Below the pieces are notes generated by a model. The model was given only the letters and a program-made list of their open reading frames with translations. It was not told where the DNA came from and made no database searches. A program made the translations under genes and the position numbers. A stretch of DNA of 64,000 bases from an uncultured Acidobacteriota bacterium (GTDB lineage: Bacteria; Acidobacteriota; Terriglobia; Acidiferrales; UBA7541), in NCBI GenBank assembly GCA_963733775.1, contig CAVTEE010000004.1, positions 5,060 through 69,059 of the forward strand, written 5' to 3'. Shown piece by piece: positions 1-9,948 of the stretch (the first letter of the stretch is position 1; the number at the start of each line of letters is the position of its first letter).

Positions 1-1130
1 AACCACACTCGCGCTTGCCCCAGCTGAAAAACCAATAGCGACGAAATCATCCCTAACAGCGCGCCGATCAGCACCACCAGCCGCACGCCCGTGAAGTGTA
101 ACTTCTTTAGTGTATTGACCACCGGCGCGGCATCATCCAACAGCGTTTGCCAGGGAACCAGCCCAGTCAGCACCACCACCACGCCGATATACAGCAGCGT
201 GCAAATAATCAACGTCGCAATAATCCCGATAGGCACATCCCGTTGCGGCCGTTTGCATTCTTCCGCGGCAGTCGAGACTGAATCAAACCCGATATACGTG
301 AAAAAAACGATTGAGCCGCCGGTCAAAATACCCGGCCATCCATTGGGCGCGAATGGATGCCAGTTCGCGGGATGCACCAGACGCGAGGCAAACGTAATAA
401 AAACCAGGATGGCCGTAATTTTTAGCAACACCATGACGTTATTTGCGCCCGTCGATTCGCGGATTCCGCGGATTAAAATTACCGTGAGTAGCATGACAAT
501 CAAAAACGCCGGAAAATTAAATCCAAAATGCCACCCAGGGCTCAGCAGCATATTCCCTTGAAAGTCCGACATTCCGGTCGGCAAATAAGCCGGAGAAATC
601 CATCGTGGGTTCGGATGGATGCCAAAAAAATCAAGCAAATCCACGATGTGCGCTGAAAATCCCACGCACACCGCCATGTTGCTTACCGCGTATTCCAGAA
701 TCAAATCCCAGCCAATGATCCACGCAACCAATTCGCCCATAGTCGCGTAAGTGTAGGTGTACGCGCTCCCTGCAATGGGGATCATCGCTGCCAACTCCGC
801 GTAACACACCGAAGCAAACCCGCAGACAATCGCCACCAGCACGAATGACAAGGCAATCGCTGGCCCAGCGCCCGGCCGCCCAAACGAAGCCGAACGATGA
901 ATCAAATACTCAAGAAGGGGAGCGTTAAGGATGGACGATGCTTGCAGTTGCTGCCCGGCGATTGCCGTTCCGATCACCGTAAAAATTCCCGAGCCAATCA
1001 CCGCGCCGATTCCCAGCGCCGTCAGACTGACCCAGCCCAACGATTTCTTCAGGTGGACTTCTGCATTCTCGGAATCCGACAGTAGTTGGTCGATACTCTT
1101 GCAGTGGAAGAGATCTGATGCCACGCACAC
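1..1130 (-). CDS. APC-superfamily amino-acid permease, N-terminal ~375 codons (gene runs off the left edge)
   Basis: Absent from the ORF track because the window edge truncates it. My manual minus-strand translation reads ...DLFHCKSIDQLLSDSENAEVHLKKSLGWVSLTALGIGAVIGSGIFTVIGTAIAGQQ...GSAYTYTYATMGELVAWIIGWDLILEYAVSN...FFTYIGFDSVSTAAEECKRPQRDVPIGI... This shows the GIGAxIGxGIF signature and TM periodicity of amino-acid/polyamine/organocation permeases. In-frame stop at 1158-1160; GTG start candidates at 1130 and 1124. Confidence 0.8.
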   Translation of the reverse strand, partial: MCVASDLFHCKSIDQLLSDSENAEVHLKKSLGWVSLTALGIGAVIGSGIFTVIGTAIAGQQLQASSILNAPLLEYLIHRSASFGRPGAGPAIALSFVLVAIVCGFASVCYAELAAMIPIAGSAYTYTYATMGELVAWIIGWDLILEYAVSNMAVCVGFSAHIVDLLDFFGIHPNPRWISPAYLPTGMSDFQGNMLLSPGWHFGFNFPAFLIVMLLTVILIRGIRESTGANNVMVLLKITAILVFITFASRLVHPANWHPFAPNGWPGILTGGSIVFFTYIGFDSVSTAAEECKRPQRDVPIGIIATLIICTLLYIGVVVVLTGLVPWQTLLDDAAPVVNTLKKLHFTGVRLVVLIGALLGMISSLLVFQLGQARVW

Positions 1131-1270
1131 GCTCCGGTCGATCTGTGGTTCCCCGGCTCAACTGGACGAGAAGTCAATCCAATTTGCGCGGCGAGGACGG
1201 AAGGCTGTTGCGCTTCAATGTACCTTGCTGAGACTGGAGACGCAACAACGTCGATGCAACTTACTAGGCA

Positions 1271-3562
1271 CTATGCAAGCTCAAGTTGCGCGTATCGCTC
1301 AATGAATTTTTTTGTGCCGCGCCCGGGGAAACTTACCGACACGCGCCGGTCTTCATCGTCGCCTTCCACGCCCACAACGGTTCCGGTGCCATAGGTTGGA
1401 TGCCGAACTTTTCGTCCCAGCATCGGGTTAGCGTCGGCTCCCCGCTTCAATGGCGGCCGGCTGAAAGAGCTCGGACTACTTTGTCGCCGCTGCGACGAAG
1501 GCACCGGCTTCGGACCGCCGCGTACTCGCTGCAGGAATTCTTCCGATGAGTAAGAATATTCCGGGTCAAGCTCGTACCGCCGTTTCTCACCGATCTCCGA
1601 CATCGACCCGCGAACCGTGTCCACCAGCTCACTCGGAATTTCCGTGAGAAATCTGGATTGTATCGACGCTCGCATCTGTTGCTCGTTTCCAAAAACGCGC
1701 CGGTACACCGCTCGGCTGAGTGTCAGCGATTTGCGTGCCCGCGTCATTCCCACGTAGCAAAGTCGCCGTTCTTCTTCGATGCCTTTTTCTTCATTCAGCG
1801 AACGGCTGTGCGGGCAAATGCCTTCTTCGAGCCCCGTCAAAAATACATAATCGAACTCCAGCCCCTTCGTGCTATGCAGCGTAATCAACGTGACACCCGG
1901 CTTGCCTTCAAACGAATCAGCATCGCTCACCAGTGCCGCTGCATCTAGAAAATCCGCGAAGGTTTCACCAGCGTCCATGCTTTCGGCAACTGCACGGGTG
2001 AGTTCCTCAAGATTTTCAATGCGCGCGACGTCATCAGGCGTGTTGCGATCCTTGAGCATGTCCATGTAACCGGTTTCGTCCAGAACGGTGTGAAGGAAAT
2101 CCGCGGGCTCTTTTTCCGCTAGCGAGGATTGCAATTTCGCGATCATTTCCTGGAATACGCGCAATGGCGTCACCGCTCGCCCGCTTGCGGCCCCAGAAAT
2201 AAACTTGCCGATCGCCGCCCACAGCGACGAACCATCCGTCCGGGCTGTTTCGCGCAGAGCGTCTAAAGTAGTTTTCCCAATTCCGCGCGGCGGAACATTC
2301 AGCACTCGAAGCAACGACACATCGTCATCCGGATGCATCGCCAGCCGCACGTACGCCAGCGTGTCCTTTACTTCAGCGCGATTATAAAAACTGAAACCGC
2401 CCACCAATTTGTAACGCAATCCCCGCCGCCTGAAAGCCTCTTCAAAGGCGCGCGATTGAAAATTAGTGCGATATTCCACGGCGCAGGTTTGCGAAGGATC
2501 ATCGGCGATGATCCGTTCCAGCTCCCCAGCTACAAATTCCGCTTCAGCCTGCGCATCACGCGCCTCGAAATAGCGTAAGTTAGAACCGCCACCATTCTCG
2601 GCTGTAAGGATTTTGCCGAGGCGTTCGGGGTTGTTGCCCACCACCGCGCCAGCAGCGTCGAGGATTTGCTGTGTGGAACGGTAGTTCCGCTCCAGCTTGA
2701 TCACCTTGGCGTCTGGAAAATCGCGCGAAAAACTCAGCAGGATCGAAACGTCCGCGCCGCGCCAACGATAGATGGACTGATCTTCATCGCCCACCACGCA
2801 CAAATTGTGTCTTGACCCGGTCAACAACCTCAGCAAATCGTATTGCACGCGATTGGTGTCTTGATACTCATCCACAAGAATGTATTGGAAGCGCGCCTGC
2901 CACCTTTCGCGGACCTGGGGAGATTCTCGCAGCAACTTTACGGTTCGCAGCAGCAGGTCGTCGAAGTCCAGAGCGGCGCTTTGCTTCAATTGCTTGTCGT
3001 AAGCCGCGAAAATGTCCGCTACGTGACGGCCGTTCTTATCGATGGCTTCGGCGCGAATCGACTCCGGCGTCTTCCCGTGATTTTTGGCATGACTGATGCG
3101 GCTCAGCACGTTCCTGGGAGTCAACGCGTCGTCATCGATCTTGAGTGTCGCCATTACCAGCTTCACCGCAGCGAGCTGATCATCGTCATCGTAAATGACG
3201 AAATCGCGTGGAAGCCCGGCGTTCACTGCCTCACGCCGCAAAAGACGTGCGCAAAGAGAATGAAAAGTAGAGAGCCAGGGCGAAGATGGCGGCACGCCCG
3301 CGCGCAATAGCAAGTCCGCGACGCGCGTTCGCATTTCCTGAGCGGCCTTGTTGGTGAAAGTTACCGCAAGAATGGCTTCCGCCGGCACACCATTGGCAAT
3401 CAAATTGGCCATGCGGAAAGTGATAGCCCGGGTTTTGCCGGTGCCCGCGCCCGCCAGGATGAGTAAGGGGCCTTCCGTGGTTTCTGCAGCAACACGCTGT
3501 TCAGGATTTAATTCTTCGAGCAGACTTAACATTCGTCCGTTAGTTTCAGAAATGTTTTGCAC
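1271..3562 (-). CDS. uvrD: ATP-dependent DNA helicase, UvrD/PcrA (SF1) family
   Basis: 763-aa ORF with SF1 motifs AGAGTGKTRAIT (Walker A), ILVDEYQDTN, VVGDEDQSIYRWRGA, TLHSTKGLEFDYVF and YVGMTRAR, plus a C-terminal Tudor-like HPTYGTGTVVGVEG tail. Confidence 0.9.
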   Translation of the reverse strand: MQNISETNGRMLSLLEELNPEQRVAAETTEGPLLILAGAGTGKTRAITFRMANLIANGVPAEAILAVTFTNKAAQEMRTRVADLLLRAGVPPSSPWLSTFHSLCARLLRREAVNAGLPRDFVIYDDDDQLAAVKLVMATLKIDDDALTPRNVLSRISHAKNHGKTPESIRAEAIDKNGRHVADIFAAYDKQLKQSAALDFDDLLLRTVKLLRESPQVRERWQARFQYILVDEYQDTNRVQYDLLRLLTGSRHNLCVVGDEDQSIYRWRGADVSILLSFSRDFPDAKVIKLERNYRSTQQILDAAGAVVGNNPERLGKILTAENGGGSNLRYFEARDAQAEAEFVAGELERIIADDPSQTCAVEYRTNFQSRAFEEAFRRRGLRYKLVGGFSFYNRAEVKDTLAYVRLAMHPDDDVSLLRVLNVPPRGIGKTTLDALRETARTDGSSLWAAIGKFISGAASGRAVTPLRVFQEMIAKLQSSLAEKEPADFLHTVLDETGYMDMLKDRNTPDDVARIENLEELTRAVAESMDAGETFADFLDAAALVSDADSFEGKPGVTLITLHSTKGLEFDYVFLTGLEEGICPHSRSLNEEKGIEEERRLCYVGMTRARKSLTLSRAVYRRVFGNEQQMRASIQSRFLTEIPSELVDTVRGSMSEIGEKRRYELDPEYSYSSEEFLQRVRGGPKPVPSSQRRQSSPSSFSRPPLKRGADANPMLGRKVRHPTYGTGTVVGVEGDDEDRRVSVSFPGRGTKKFIERYAQLELA

Positions 3563-3660
3563 CTGTTTATCGTAGCCGAGCGTTTCGGTGGGCGCAAACT
3601 AGGATTTATTCATCGAATCAGGCGTGGAATAAAGTTTGATCCGCGTAAAAGCGACCGAGG

Positions 3661-4335
3661 CTATTTTCCGGAGGACTTGCTCAAGTCGATTTCAAAATAC
3701 GTCAGTGACCGATTATTCTCCATCACCACAATATCTGGCACATATAAGCGTGCCTGATTCAATAAATCAAATTGTCCCTGAAGATCGAAATATAAAAGCC
3801 CTTGAACACTGCTGTGGGGAGCGATTACGTTCGCCGGAACACCCGCAGTTTCCGCTTGCTGCTGCAACTCCGTCCAATGCTTATCATTGTTATGAGGAAT
3901 GCTTACCGGTAGCGGAATTCTGGATTTTGCTGGATCTTTCGCGCCGGGCTTCAAAACTTGGTCCGCCACCTGGGAGGGAGTCAAGGCCTGTACTTCCTGG
4001 CGGTTGTCCTGGTCGATTTGAAACGATAAACGGATGCGATCCAGACTGACTTTCATACTCTCGTTCGAATCATTACGAAACACCACTTGCATCGCCACGA
4101 TCCCCGCCGCAAATGGCGATTTCTTGGGGAATTTCTCCTTGTATAACGCGGCGTCCGTCCATGGTTGCGCGGAAATCGTGAGCCCTTCATGCGTTTCCAG
4201 AGACGCCGTTTTGAGTGACGCGCGCTGGCCCCCGCCCTGTTGGGCATCGGCGTACGCCCCGGCCATCAAACACGCGGCCAGAAAGGGAACTGCCCCGGAT
4301 AATTTCCGCATAGAGTTATAATAGACTTTTCTCAT
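3661..4335 (-). CDS. hypothetical exported protein
   Basis: ORF 3661..4407. The likely start is the internal Met at 4335 (GAAGG about 8 nt upstream), which gives a signal-peptide-like MRKVYYNSMRKLSGAVPFLAACLMAGAYADAQ. No family recognised. Confidence 0.55.
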   Translation of the reverse strand: MRKVYYNSMRKLSGAVPFLAACLMAGAYADAQQGGGQRASLKTASLETHEGLTISAQPWTDAALYKEKFPKKSPFAAGIVAMQVVFRNDSNESMKVSLDRIRLSFQIDQDNRQEVQALTPSQVADQVLKPGAKDPAKSRIPLPVSIPHNNDKHWTELQQQAETAGVPANVIAPHSSVQGLLYFDLQGQFDLLNQARLYVPDIVVMENNRSLTYFEIDLSKSSGK

Positions 4336-4427
4336 CTGACGCCTTCGATTCCAGGGTGCTGTACGGGGTTGCCCCCGCGCTGGCGCACTATAGCACTTGC
4401 GGGGCAAACAGACCGGAGCCGCTTTTA

Positions 4428-5801
4428 GTGTATTTCATCTACAGCTTTCTTTTGGCCGTTGCTGCCCTTGTGCTCACCCCGTACTGGCTGGTGCAGGGAC
4501 TACGCCATGGCAAATATTTCTCTAATCTTCTCGAACGCCTCGGCTTTTCCTATCCTCCTTTCAAACAAGCAACAAATCGCCAAGGCGCGATTCTTTTGCA
4601 CGCCGTTTCCGTCGGCGAAGTCCTCTCCGGAATATCTCTGGCTCGCAGCCTAAAGGAGGTGTACCCGAATCGTCAACTAATCATTTCAACAACGACCATC
4701 ACGGGTAATAAGCTGGCTCGCGAGCGCATGCCTTTCGCCGATGCGGTCATCTACTTTCCGTTAGATTGGTCCTTCTGTGTCCGCCTCGCCTTGAACGCCA
4801 TCAAGCCCTCCCTGGTTATCATTCTTGAAACCGAAATCTGGCCAAATTTCTTACGCCAGGCCCGTCGCCGCAAAATTCCCGTACTTTTCGTCAGCGGCCG
4901 CATCTCCGATCGTTCCTTCCTCCGCTACCAGAAATATCTTGGAGCGTTCGGATTTTTCCTGCGCCCTTTTCTCAAGCGCGCTCTCGCGGATCCGAGAATG
5001 TTCCTGATGCAAAGCGAAAAAGATGCCGAACGAATTCGCTTTCTTGGCGCACCAGCCGATCGCGTGCGAGCCAGCGGAAATCTGAAATACGATCTGGACC
5101 TTCCCGGACCTACGCCGGTTTCGCATTGGCTGGAAGCGGAAGTGTCGCGAACTGGCCGCACGCCAGTTATCGTCGCCGGCAGCGTGGTGGCAACAGAAGA
5201 ACCCCTGGCCCTGATCGCCTTTGGCACTCTGCAGGGCGAATATCCAAACGCTCTGCTGGTGCTTGCGCCGCGAAAGCCCGAGCGCTTCGACGCTGCCGCT
5301 GACTTCATCCACGAATCACGCCGCACATTTTTGCGACGTTCGCAATTGCCGATTCAAACTTCGTCAAACGGCGCAAGCTCCATCTCCAGCGCCGACACCG
5401 CAATACCCAAAAATGTTACCGTGCTGCTGCTCGACAGTATCGGCGAATTAGCCTCGATCTATCGTTGCGCCGATGGCGTTTTCGTAGGTGGATCTCTGGT
5501 TCCCTCTGGCGGGCATAATATTCTGGAGCCGGCAGCTTTTGGCAAGATTCCGGTTTTCGGTCCTTCCATGGAAAATTTCTCGGAAATGGCGTCGCGTTTT
5601 GTTAGCGCTGGAGCTGCGGTTCAGGTGGAAAGCCCTGAAGACGCTGGCGTAGCGTGGATTGAATTGTTCCGCGACCCGGATCGCATGCGCACCATGGGTG
5701 CGACCGCGCGTGCGCTGGTGGAAGACAGCCGCGGCGCAACGGATCGCGCGCTCGCCGTGATCTCAGAATTCCTGAATGAGAGTGGTACGCCGCGGCAATG
5801 A
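4428..5801 (+). CDS. waaA: 3-deoxy-D-manno-octulosonic acid (Kdo) transferase
   Basis: ORF 4356..5801 aligns by eye with E. coli WaaA (LLHAVSVGEV..., ILETEIWPNF, GGSLVPSGGHNILEPAAFG). The probable start is GTG 4428 (GGAG 9 nt upstream), which avoids overlap with the divergent gene. The stop overlaps the lpxK start (ATGA). Confidence 0.9.
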   Translation: MYFIYSFLLAVAALVLTPYWLVQGLRHGKYFSNLLERLGFSYPPFKQATNRQGAILLHAVSVGEVLSGISLARSLKEVYPNRQLIISTTTITGNKLARERMPFADAVIYFPLDWSFCVRLALNAIKPSLVIILETEIWPNFLRQARRRKIPVLFVSGRISDRSFLRYQKYLGAFGFFLRPFLKRALADPRMFLMQSEKDAERIRFLGAPADRVRASGNLKYDLDLPGPTPVSHWLEAEVSRTGRTPVIVAGSVVATEEPLALIAFGTLQGEYPNALLVLAPRKPERFDAAADFIHESRRTFLRRSQLPIQTSSNGASSISSADTAIPKNVTVLLLDSIGELASIYRCADGVFVGGSLVPSGGHNILEPAAFGKIPVFGPSMENFSEMASRFVSAGAAVQVESPEDAGVAWIELFRDPDRMRTMGATARALVEDSRGATDRALAVISEFLNESGTPRQ

Positions 5802-6799
5802 CTCTGTCGCGGCCCCTTTGCATTTTGTTGTGGCCCGCTTCTAAACTCTACGGCGTCGGCGTTTCGCTTCGCACTCGGCTTTACGCTAGTGGCTTGTTAA
5901 AACAAAAACGCCTGAAGGCCACGGTAATCAGCGTCGGCAACTTATCCGTTGGAGGCACTGGCAAAACTCCAATTGTAATCTCGCTCGCGGAAAGGCTCCT
6001 TGAGCAAGGCCAGCGCGTAGCGATTCTCACCCGCGGCTATCGCGGCACTGGCGGTAGCAGCGATGAAGTAGAACTGATGCGCTCCCGCTTACAGAATCGC
6101 GTAATCTTCGGCGTGGGCAAAAATCGCTTCGCTGAAGGGCAACGCATCGAATCACGTCAAGCCATCGATATCTTCCTGCTCGACGACGGCTTCCAACATC
6201 TTCAATTAGCTCGCGACCTCGATATCGTTCTGATAGACGCCTCGCGGCCCATGACGCAACCGTTGCTTCCCGCTGGTCCAATGCGCGAGCCGCTCTCCGC
6301 ACTTACACGCGCCGGCATGATCATCTTTACCCGCACCGAAAATACCCCAGGCGCGAAAGAAGCCCTCCAACGCTTATCGAACTTGCCGATTTTTACTGCC
6401 TCAAGCCGTCTACTCGGTTTTCGCCGAATTGGCAACGAGGCCCCGTTACAAACCGTCGCCGAGCTTGGCAGCGGCCCGTTTTTCGCCTTTTGCGGCATCG
6501 GCAATCCGGAAGCATTTGTTCGCGATTTGCAGCGGTGGGGCATAACGCCGGCTGGCCACATGTTTTTTGCCGACCACCACCGATATACACTCGAGGACGT
6601 GCAAGCTATCGAACAAGCCGCGAGACGGGCCGGCGCAAACGGGCTGCTGACAACCGAAAAAGATTCTTGCAATCTGAACGGCCTCACATTCCCATCTCTG
6701 CCCGTTCATGTTTCAGTCATCGATCTAGACGTTGATGGAGAAACGGCATTTCTCTCTGCGATAAATCATTCACTTCAAGGTCGCGGTGTCCAGGCATGA
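5798..6799 (+). CDS. lpxK: tetraacyldisaccharide 4'-kinase
   Basis: VISVGNLSVGGTGKTP P-loop followed by ILTRGYRG, as in LpxK. 4-nt overlaps with both neighbours. Confidence 0.9.
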   Translation: MTLSRPLCILLWPASKLYGVGVSLRTRLYASGLLKQKRLKATVISVGNLSVGGTGKTPIVISLAERLLEQGQRVAILTRGYRGTGGSSDEVELMRSRLQNRVIFGVGKNRFAEGQRIESRQAIDIFLLDDGFQHLQLARDLDIVLIDASRPMTQPLLPAGPMREPLSALTRAGMIIFTRTENTPGAKEALQRLSNLPIFTASSRLLGFRRIGNEAPLQTVAELGSGPFFAFCGIGNPEAFVRDLQRWGITPAGHMFFADHHRYTLEDVQAIEQAARRAGANGLLTTEKDSCNLNGLTFPSLPVHVSVIDLDVDGETAFLSAINHSLQGRGVQA

Positions 6800-7839
6800 A
6801 AATTCTCATTCGTGCCACCAACTGGGTTGGCGATGCAATTATGGCCTTGCCCGCGATCCGCGCCATTCGTAACCGCCGAGACTCTAACATCTCAATTCTG
6901 GCGCGCTCCTATGTGGCCGATATCTATCGCGATCAAAACGTAGCCGATGAACTGATCATCTACGATCATCGCGGCGAACATGCTGGCGTCTCCGGTCGCG
7001 AACGCCTCGCGTCCGAATTGCGATCCCGCCGGTTTGACGTCGCCATTCTTCTGCAAAACGCCTTCGACGCCGCATGGCTCGCTTGGCGCGCAGGAATCCC
7101 GCAACGCATCGGTTACGCTCGCGATGCCCGAAGCCTCCTGCTGACCAAGGCCGTCTCCGTCCCCAAGCCCGGCGAAATCCCGCCACACGAAAAATTTTAT
7201 TACCTCGAATTGCTTCGCCGCAGTGGCTGGATTGATTCCATTGCGGACGAGCCATTCATCAAATTGCACGTCACGGAAGCCAGCCGAGCCCGTGCAGCCG
7301 ATCAACTCACAACCGCGGGCGTCCGGCCTCATGCCGTTCGAATCGCCATCGGTGCTGGAGCCGCCTACGGTTCGGCAAAATGCTGGCCACCTTCGCGCTT
7401 CGCGGAATTAGCCAACCAACTCCAAGCACAATGGGATGCCGACGTGATACTTTTTGGTGCCGCCGGTGAAACGGATGTTTCATCGGCCATCGCTTCCGAA
7501 ATGAAACGCGCACCCATCGATCTCACCGGTAAAACCACCGTCGCCGATCTTCCCGCGCTTCTTTCGCAATGTCACGTTTTTATCGGCAACGATTCAGGCG
7601 CCATGCACGTTGCCGCCGCCGTCGGGCTTCCCGCCGTCGCCATCTTCGGACCCACGGATCCGTTCGGCACCGCGCCGGTGACTCCCCGCCATACTATCGT
7701 TCGTGAACAACCCTATTGCAGCCCGTGTTTTCTTCGGCGTTGTCCCATTGACCATCGATGTATGACCCGCATCACATCTGGCGAAGTCGAAGCTGCCGTC
7801 GATCCCTGGCTGTCTTCCGTTGTGGTGGAGCGTGTCTGA
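6796..7839 (+). CDS. waaF: ADP-heptose:LPS heptosyltransferase II (GT9)
   Basis: N-terminus MKILIRATNWVGDAIMALPAIRAI resembles the WaaF MKILVIGPSWVGD type. GT9 C-terminal GNDSGAMHVAAAVG. Confidence 0.8.
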   Translation: MKILIRATNWVGDAIMALPAIRAIRNRRDSNISILARSYVADIYRDQNVADELIIYDHRGEHAGVSGRERLASELRSRRFDVAILLQNAFDAAWLAWRAGIPQRIGYARDARSLLLTKAVSVPKPGEIPPHEKFYYLELLRRSGWIDSIADEPFIKLHVTEASRARAADQLTTAGVRPHAVRIAIGAGAAYGSAKCWPPSRFAELANQLQAQWDADVILFGAAGETDVSSAIASEMKRAPIDLTGKTTVADLPALLSQCHVFIGNDSGAMHVAAAVGLPAVAIFGPTDPFGTAPVTPRHTIVREQPYCSPCFLRRCPIDHRCMTRITSGEVEAAVDPWLSSVVVERV

Positions 7840-8398
7840 CCACCTTCTAAGACCCGCCGTTTTTCTAGACCGCGACGGCACCATTTCCGAAGAAGTCGGA
7901 TACTTGAATCACATTTCTCGTTTTCATATGTTTCCATTTGCGCCGGCTGCCATCCGCAAACTAAATGATCGTGGGCTTCTCGTCTTTGTCATCACCAATC
8001 AATCGGGAGTTGCTCGCGGATACTACCCGGAATCGCTTGTGCGCGAGGTCCACGATTTGATGTGCCAGGAGCTGACTGAAGCTGGAGCGCACCTCGACGG
8101 CATCTATTACTGCCCCCATACCTCCAGCGATGCTTGCGCCTGTCGAAAACCTGGCCCTGGCATGTTGGATCAGGCCTCCGCGGAAAATGGCGTCGACTTG
8201 ACGCGCTCTTTCGTGGTCGGAGACCGCCATAGCGACGTGGAGTTAGCGCACCGCGTCGGCGCCCGCAGTATCATGGTGCGCACCGGATATGGCGAAGGCG
8301 AAATTCTTTGGCACGCCTCGAGGTGGACGTTGAAACCCGATTTCATCGCCGCGGATCTGTCGGAGGCAGCAAATTGGATCTTGGAGCAAACGAGTTGA
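7820..8398 (+). CDS. gmhB: D-glycero-beta-D-manno-heptose-1,7-bisphosphate 7-phosphatase
   Basis: HAD motif FLDRDGTI plus the GmhB zinc-finger-like YYCPHTSSDACACRKPGPGM. Start is TTG 7820 or GTG 7832; both overlap the waaF stop. Confidence 0.88.
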   Translation: MWWSVSDHLLRPAVFLDRDGTISEEVGYLNHISRFHMFPFAPAAIRKLNDRGLLVFVITNQSGVARGYYPESLVREVHDLMCQELTEAGAHLDGIYYCPHTSSDACACRKPGPGMLDQASAENGVDLTRSFVVGDRHSDVELAHRVGARSIMVRTGYGEGEILWHASRWTLKPDFIAADLSEAANWILEQTS

Positions 8399-9453
8399 AA
8401 CGCAAATCGAAACAAAATCGTGCTACTCCGTCCGTCGATTTGCGAGCTCTCGCGGAATACGTCGAGCAATTTTCTTCGAAGACCATCGTGGTCTTGGGTG
8501 ACTTCGTCGCCGACGTGTTCGAATTCGGCGAAATTTCCCGCGTCTCCCGGGAAGCCCCGGTCCTGATTCTTCGTCATCGTGAAACGCAACTCGTGCCCGG
8601 TGGCGGAGCAAACGCTGTCAACAATCTCGCAGACCTGGGAGCCAAAGTTCTACCCGTCACAGTGGTCGGTGACGATTCCAACGGCGAAGCCTTAATTAAT
8701 TATTTTCGTCAGAAGAAATTGGACACCTCGCACATTCTGCGCGTCAAAAACTGGTGCACCCCTACCAAAACCCGCTTCTTGGCCGGGTGGGCGCACACCG
8801 TCGGCCAGCAAGTCCTCCGTGTCGATCGCGAGCCTCAAACCGCCTTACCGGACGATGCCCGCAAGAAATTAAGCCGATTTTTATTCAACGCTACAAAAAA
8901 AGCTGATGCCCTGGCAATTTCGGACTACGGTTTCGGTGTTGCCACTCCCTCGCTGGTCTTCGAAGCTTCCTCCAGGAGAAAAAAGCTCTTACCCATCACT
9001 CTGGACGCTCGACACAATTTACATGCCTACAGCCGCTCACGAATTACAACCGCGACGCCTAATGAAGCTGAACTGGAATCCCAACATTACACTTCCATCG
9101 GCGAGAATCTTGAAGAACTGGCGCGCGCTGGCCAGGCCACATTCATCGCGATGAAATTAAATTCTCTCCTGGTCACTCGCGGTCGCCACGGCATGGCGCT
9201 TTTCGAGTCTGGTAAACGCCTAACGCATATTCCCGTCCATGGCAGCGATCAATCCGTCGACGTAACCGGTGCTGGCGACACCGTTCTTGCCACCTTTACG
9301 TTGGCCCTCGTATGCGGCGCCTCGCCGCTCGCGTCCGCGCATCTAGCCAATATCGCCGGCTCAATAGTGGTCATGAAGCGCGGAACGGCCACCGTGACGC
9401 GCGCGGAACTTTTGGCTGCCATTCATGATGAAGTCGCCGGAGTTTCCGCCTAG
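8395..9453 (+). CDS. hldA: D-glycero-beta-D-manno-heptose-7-phosphate kinase (RfaE domain I as a separate gene; PfkB family)
   Basis: ORF 8308..9453. PfkB sugar-kinase motifs (GGGANAVNNLADLG, DVTGAGDT). The probable start is in-frame TTG 8395, overlapping the gmhB stop as TTGA; the upstream 87 nt lie inside gmhB. Confidence 0.85.
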   Translation: MKRKSKQNRATPSVDLRALAEYVEQFSSKTIVVLGDFVADVFEFGEISRVSREAPVLILRHRETQLVPGGGANAVNNLADLGAKVLPVTVVGDDSNGEALINYFRQKKLDTSHILRVKNWCTPTKTRFLAGWAHTVGQQVLRVDREPQTALPDDARKKLSRFLFNATKKADALAISDYGFGVATPSLVFEASSRRKKLLPITLDARHNLHAYSRSRITTATPNEAELESQHYTSIGENLEELARAGQATFIAMKLNSLLVTRGRHGMALFESGKRLTHIPVHGSDQSVDVTGAGDTVLATFTLALVCGASPLASAHLANIAGSIVVMKRGTATVTRAELLAAIHDEVAGVSA

Positions 9454-9456
9454 CCC

Positions 9457-9948
9457 ATGCGCTCATCGGAATCGAAAATCGTTTCGCAGCAAAAACTGAA
9501 GTCTCTCGTCGCCGATCATAAGGATCGCGGTCAAACCGTGGTGTTTGCCAATGGCTGCTTCGATATTTTGCACGTCGGACACAAAAGATATCTGGAAGCC
9601 GCGCGCCAGCAAGGCGACATCCTTATTGTTGCGGTCAATAGCGATGCCAGCGCGCGAAACCTTAAAGGCCCGGGCCGACCAGTCCTGGATGAGTCCGCGA
9701 GAGCCCGCCTCGTAGCCGCGCTTCGAGCCGTCGATTACGTGGTGCTCTTCAGCGAACCAACCGTCGCATCGCTGCTCCGCGATTTACTTCCAGACGTCCA
9801 TGCTAAAGGCACCGACTATTCCGCCGACACCGTGCCCGAGCGCGTCATCGCCAAAGAACTTGGCATTCAAATCGCCATCGTCGGTGATCCCAAAAATCAT
9901 TCCACCAGCGCACTGCTGGGCTCTCTGCACAAGGCGCCGCATGGCTGA
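9457..9948 (+). CDS. hldC: D-glycero-beta-D-manno-heptose-1-phosphate adenylyltransferase (RfaE domain II as a separate gene)
   Basis: Cytidylyltransferase-fold motif FANGCFDILHVGHKRYLE (HxGH). 163 aa, directly after hldA. Confidence 0.88.
   Translation: MRSSESKIVSQQKLKSLVADHKDRGQTVVFANGCFDILHVGHKRYLEAARQQGDILIVAVNSDASARNLKGPGRPVLDESARARLVAALRAVDYVVLFSEPTVASLLRDLLPDVHAKGTDYSADTVPERVIAKELGIQIAIVGDPKNHSTSALLGSLHKAPHG

Noticed and set aside
91-561. 156-aa plus-strand ORF at the left edge
   Set aside because: It is antisense to the APC permease, whose minus-strand translation shows strong family motifs.
8308-8394. N-terminal extensions offered by the ORF track (hldA 8308, waaC 9800, Ppx 43060, trpS 52204, def 32551, CHAD 47427, TBDR 38132)
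   Set aside because: The extended parts overlap the preceding gene or repeat sequence and lack homology-like sequence. Downstream in-frame starts give canonical N-termini.
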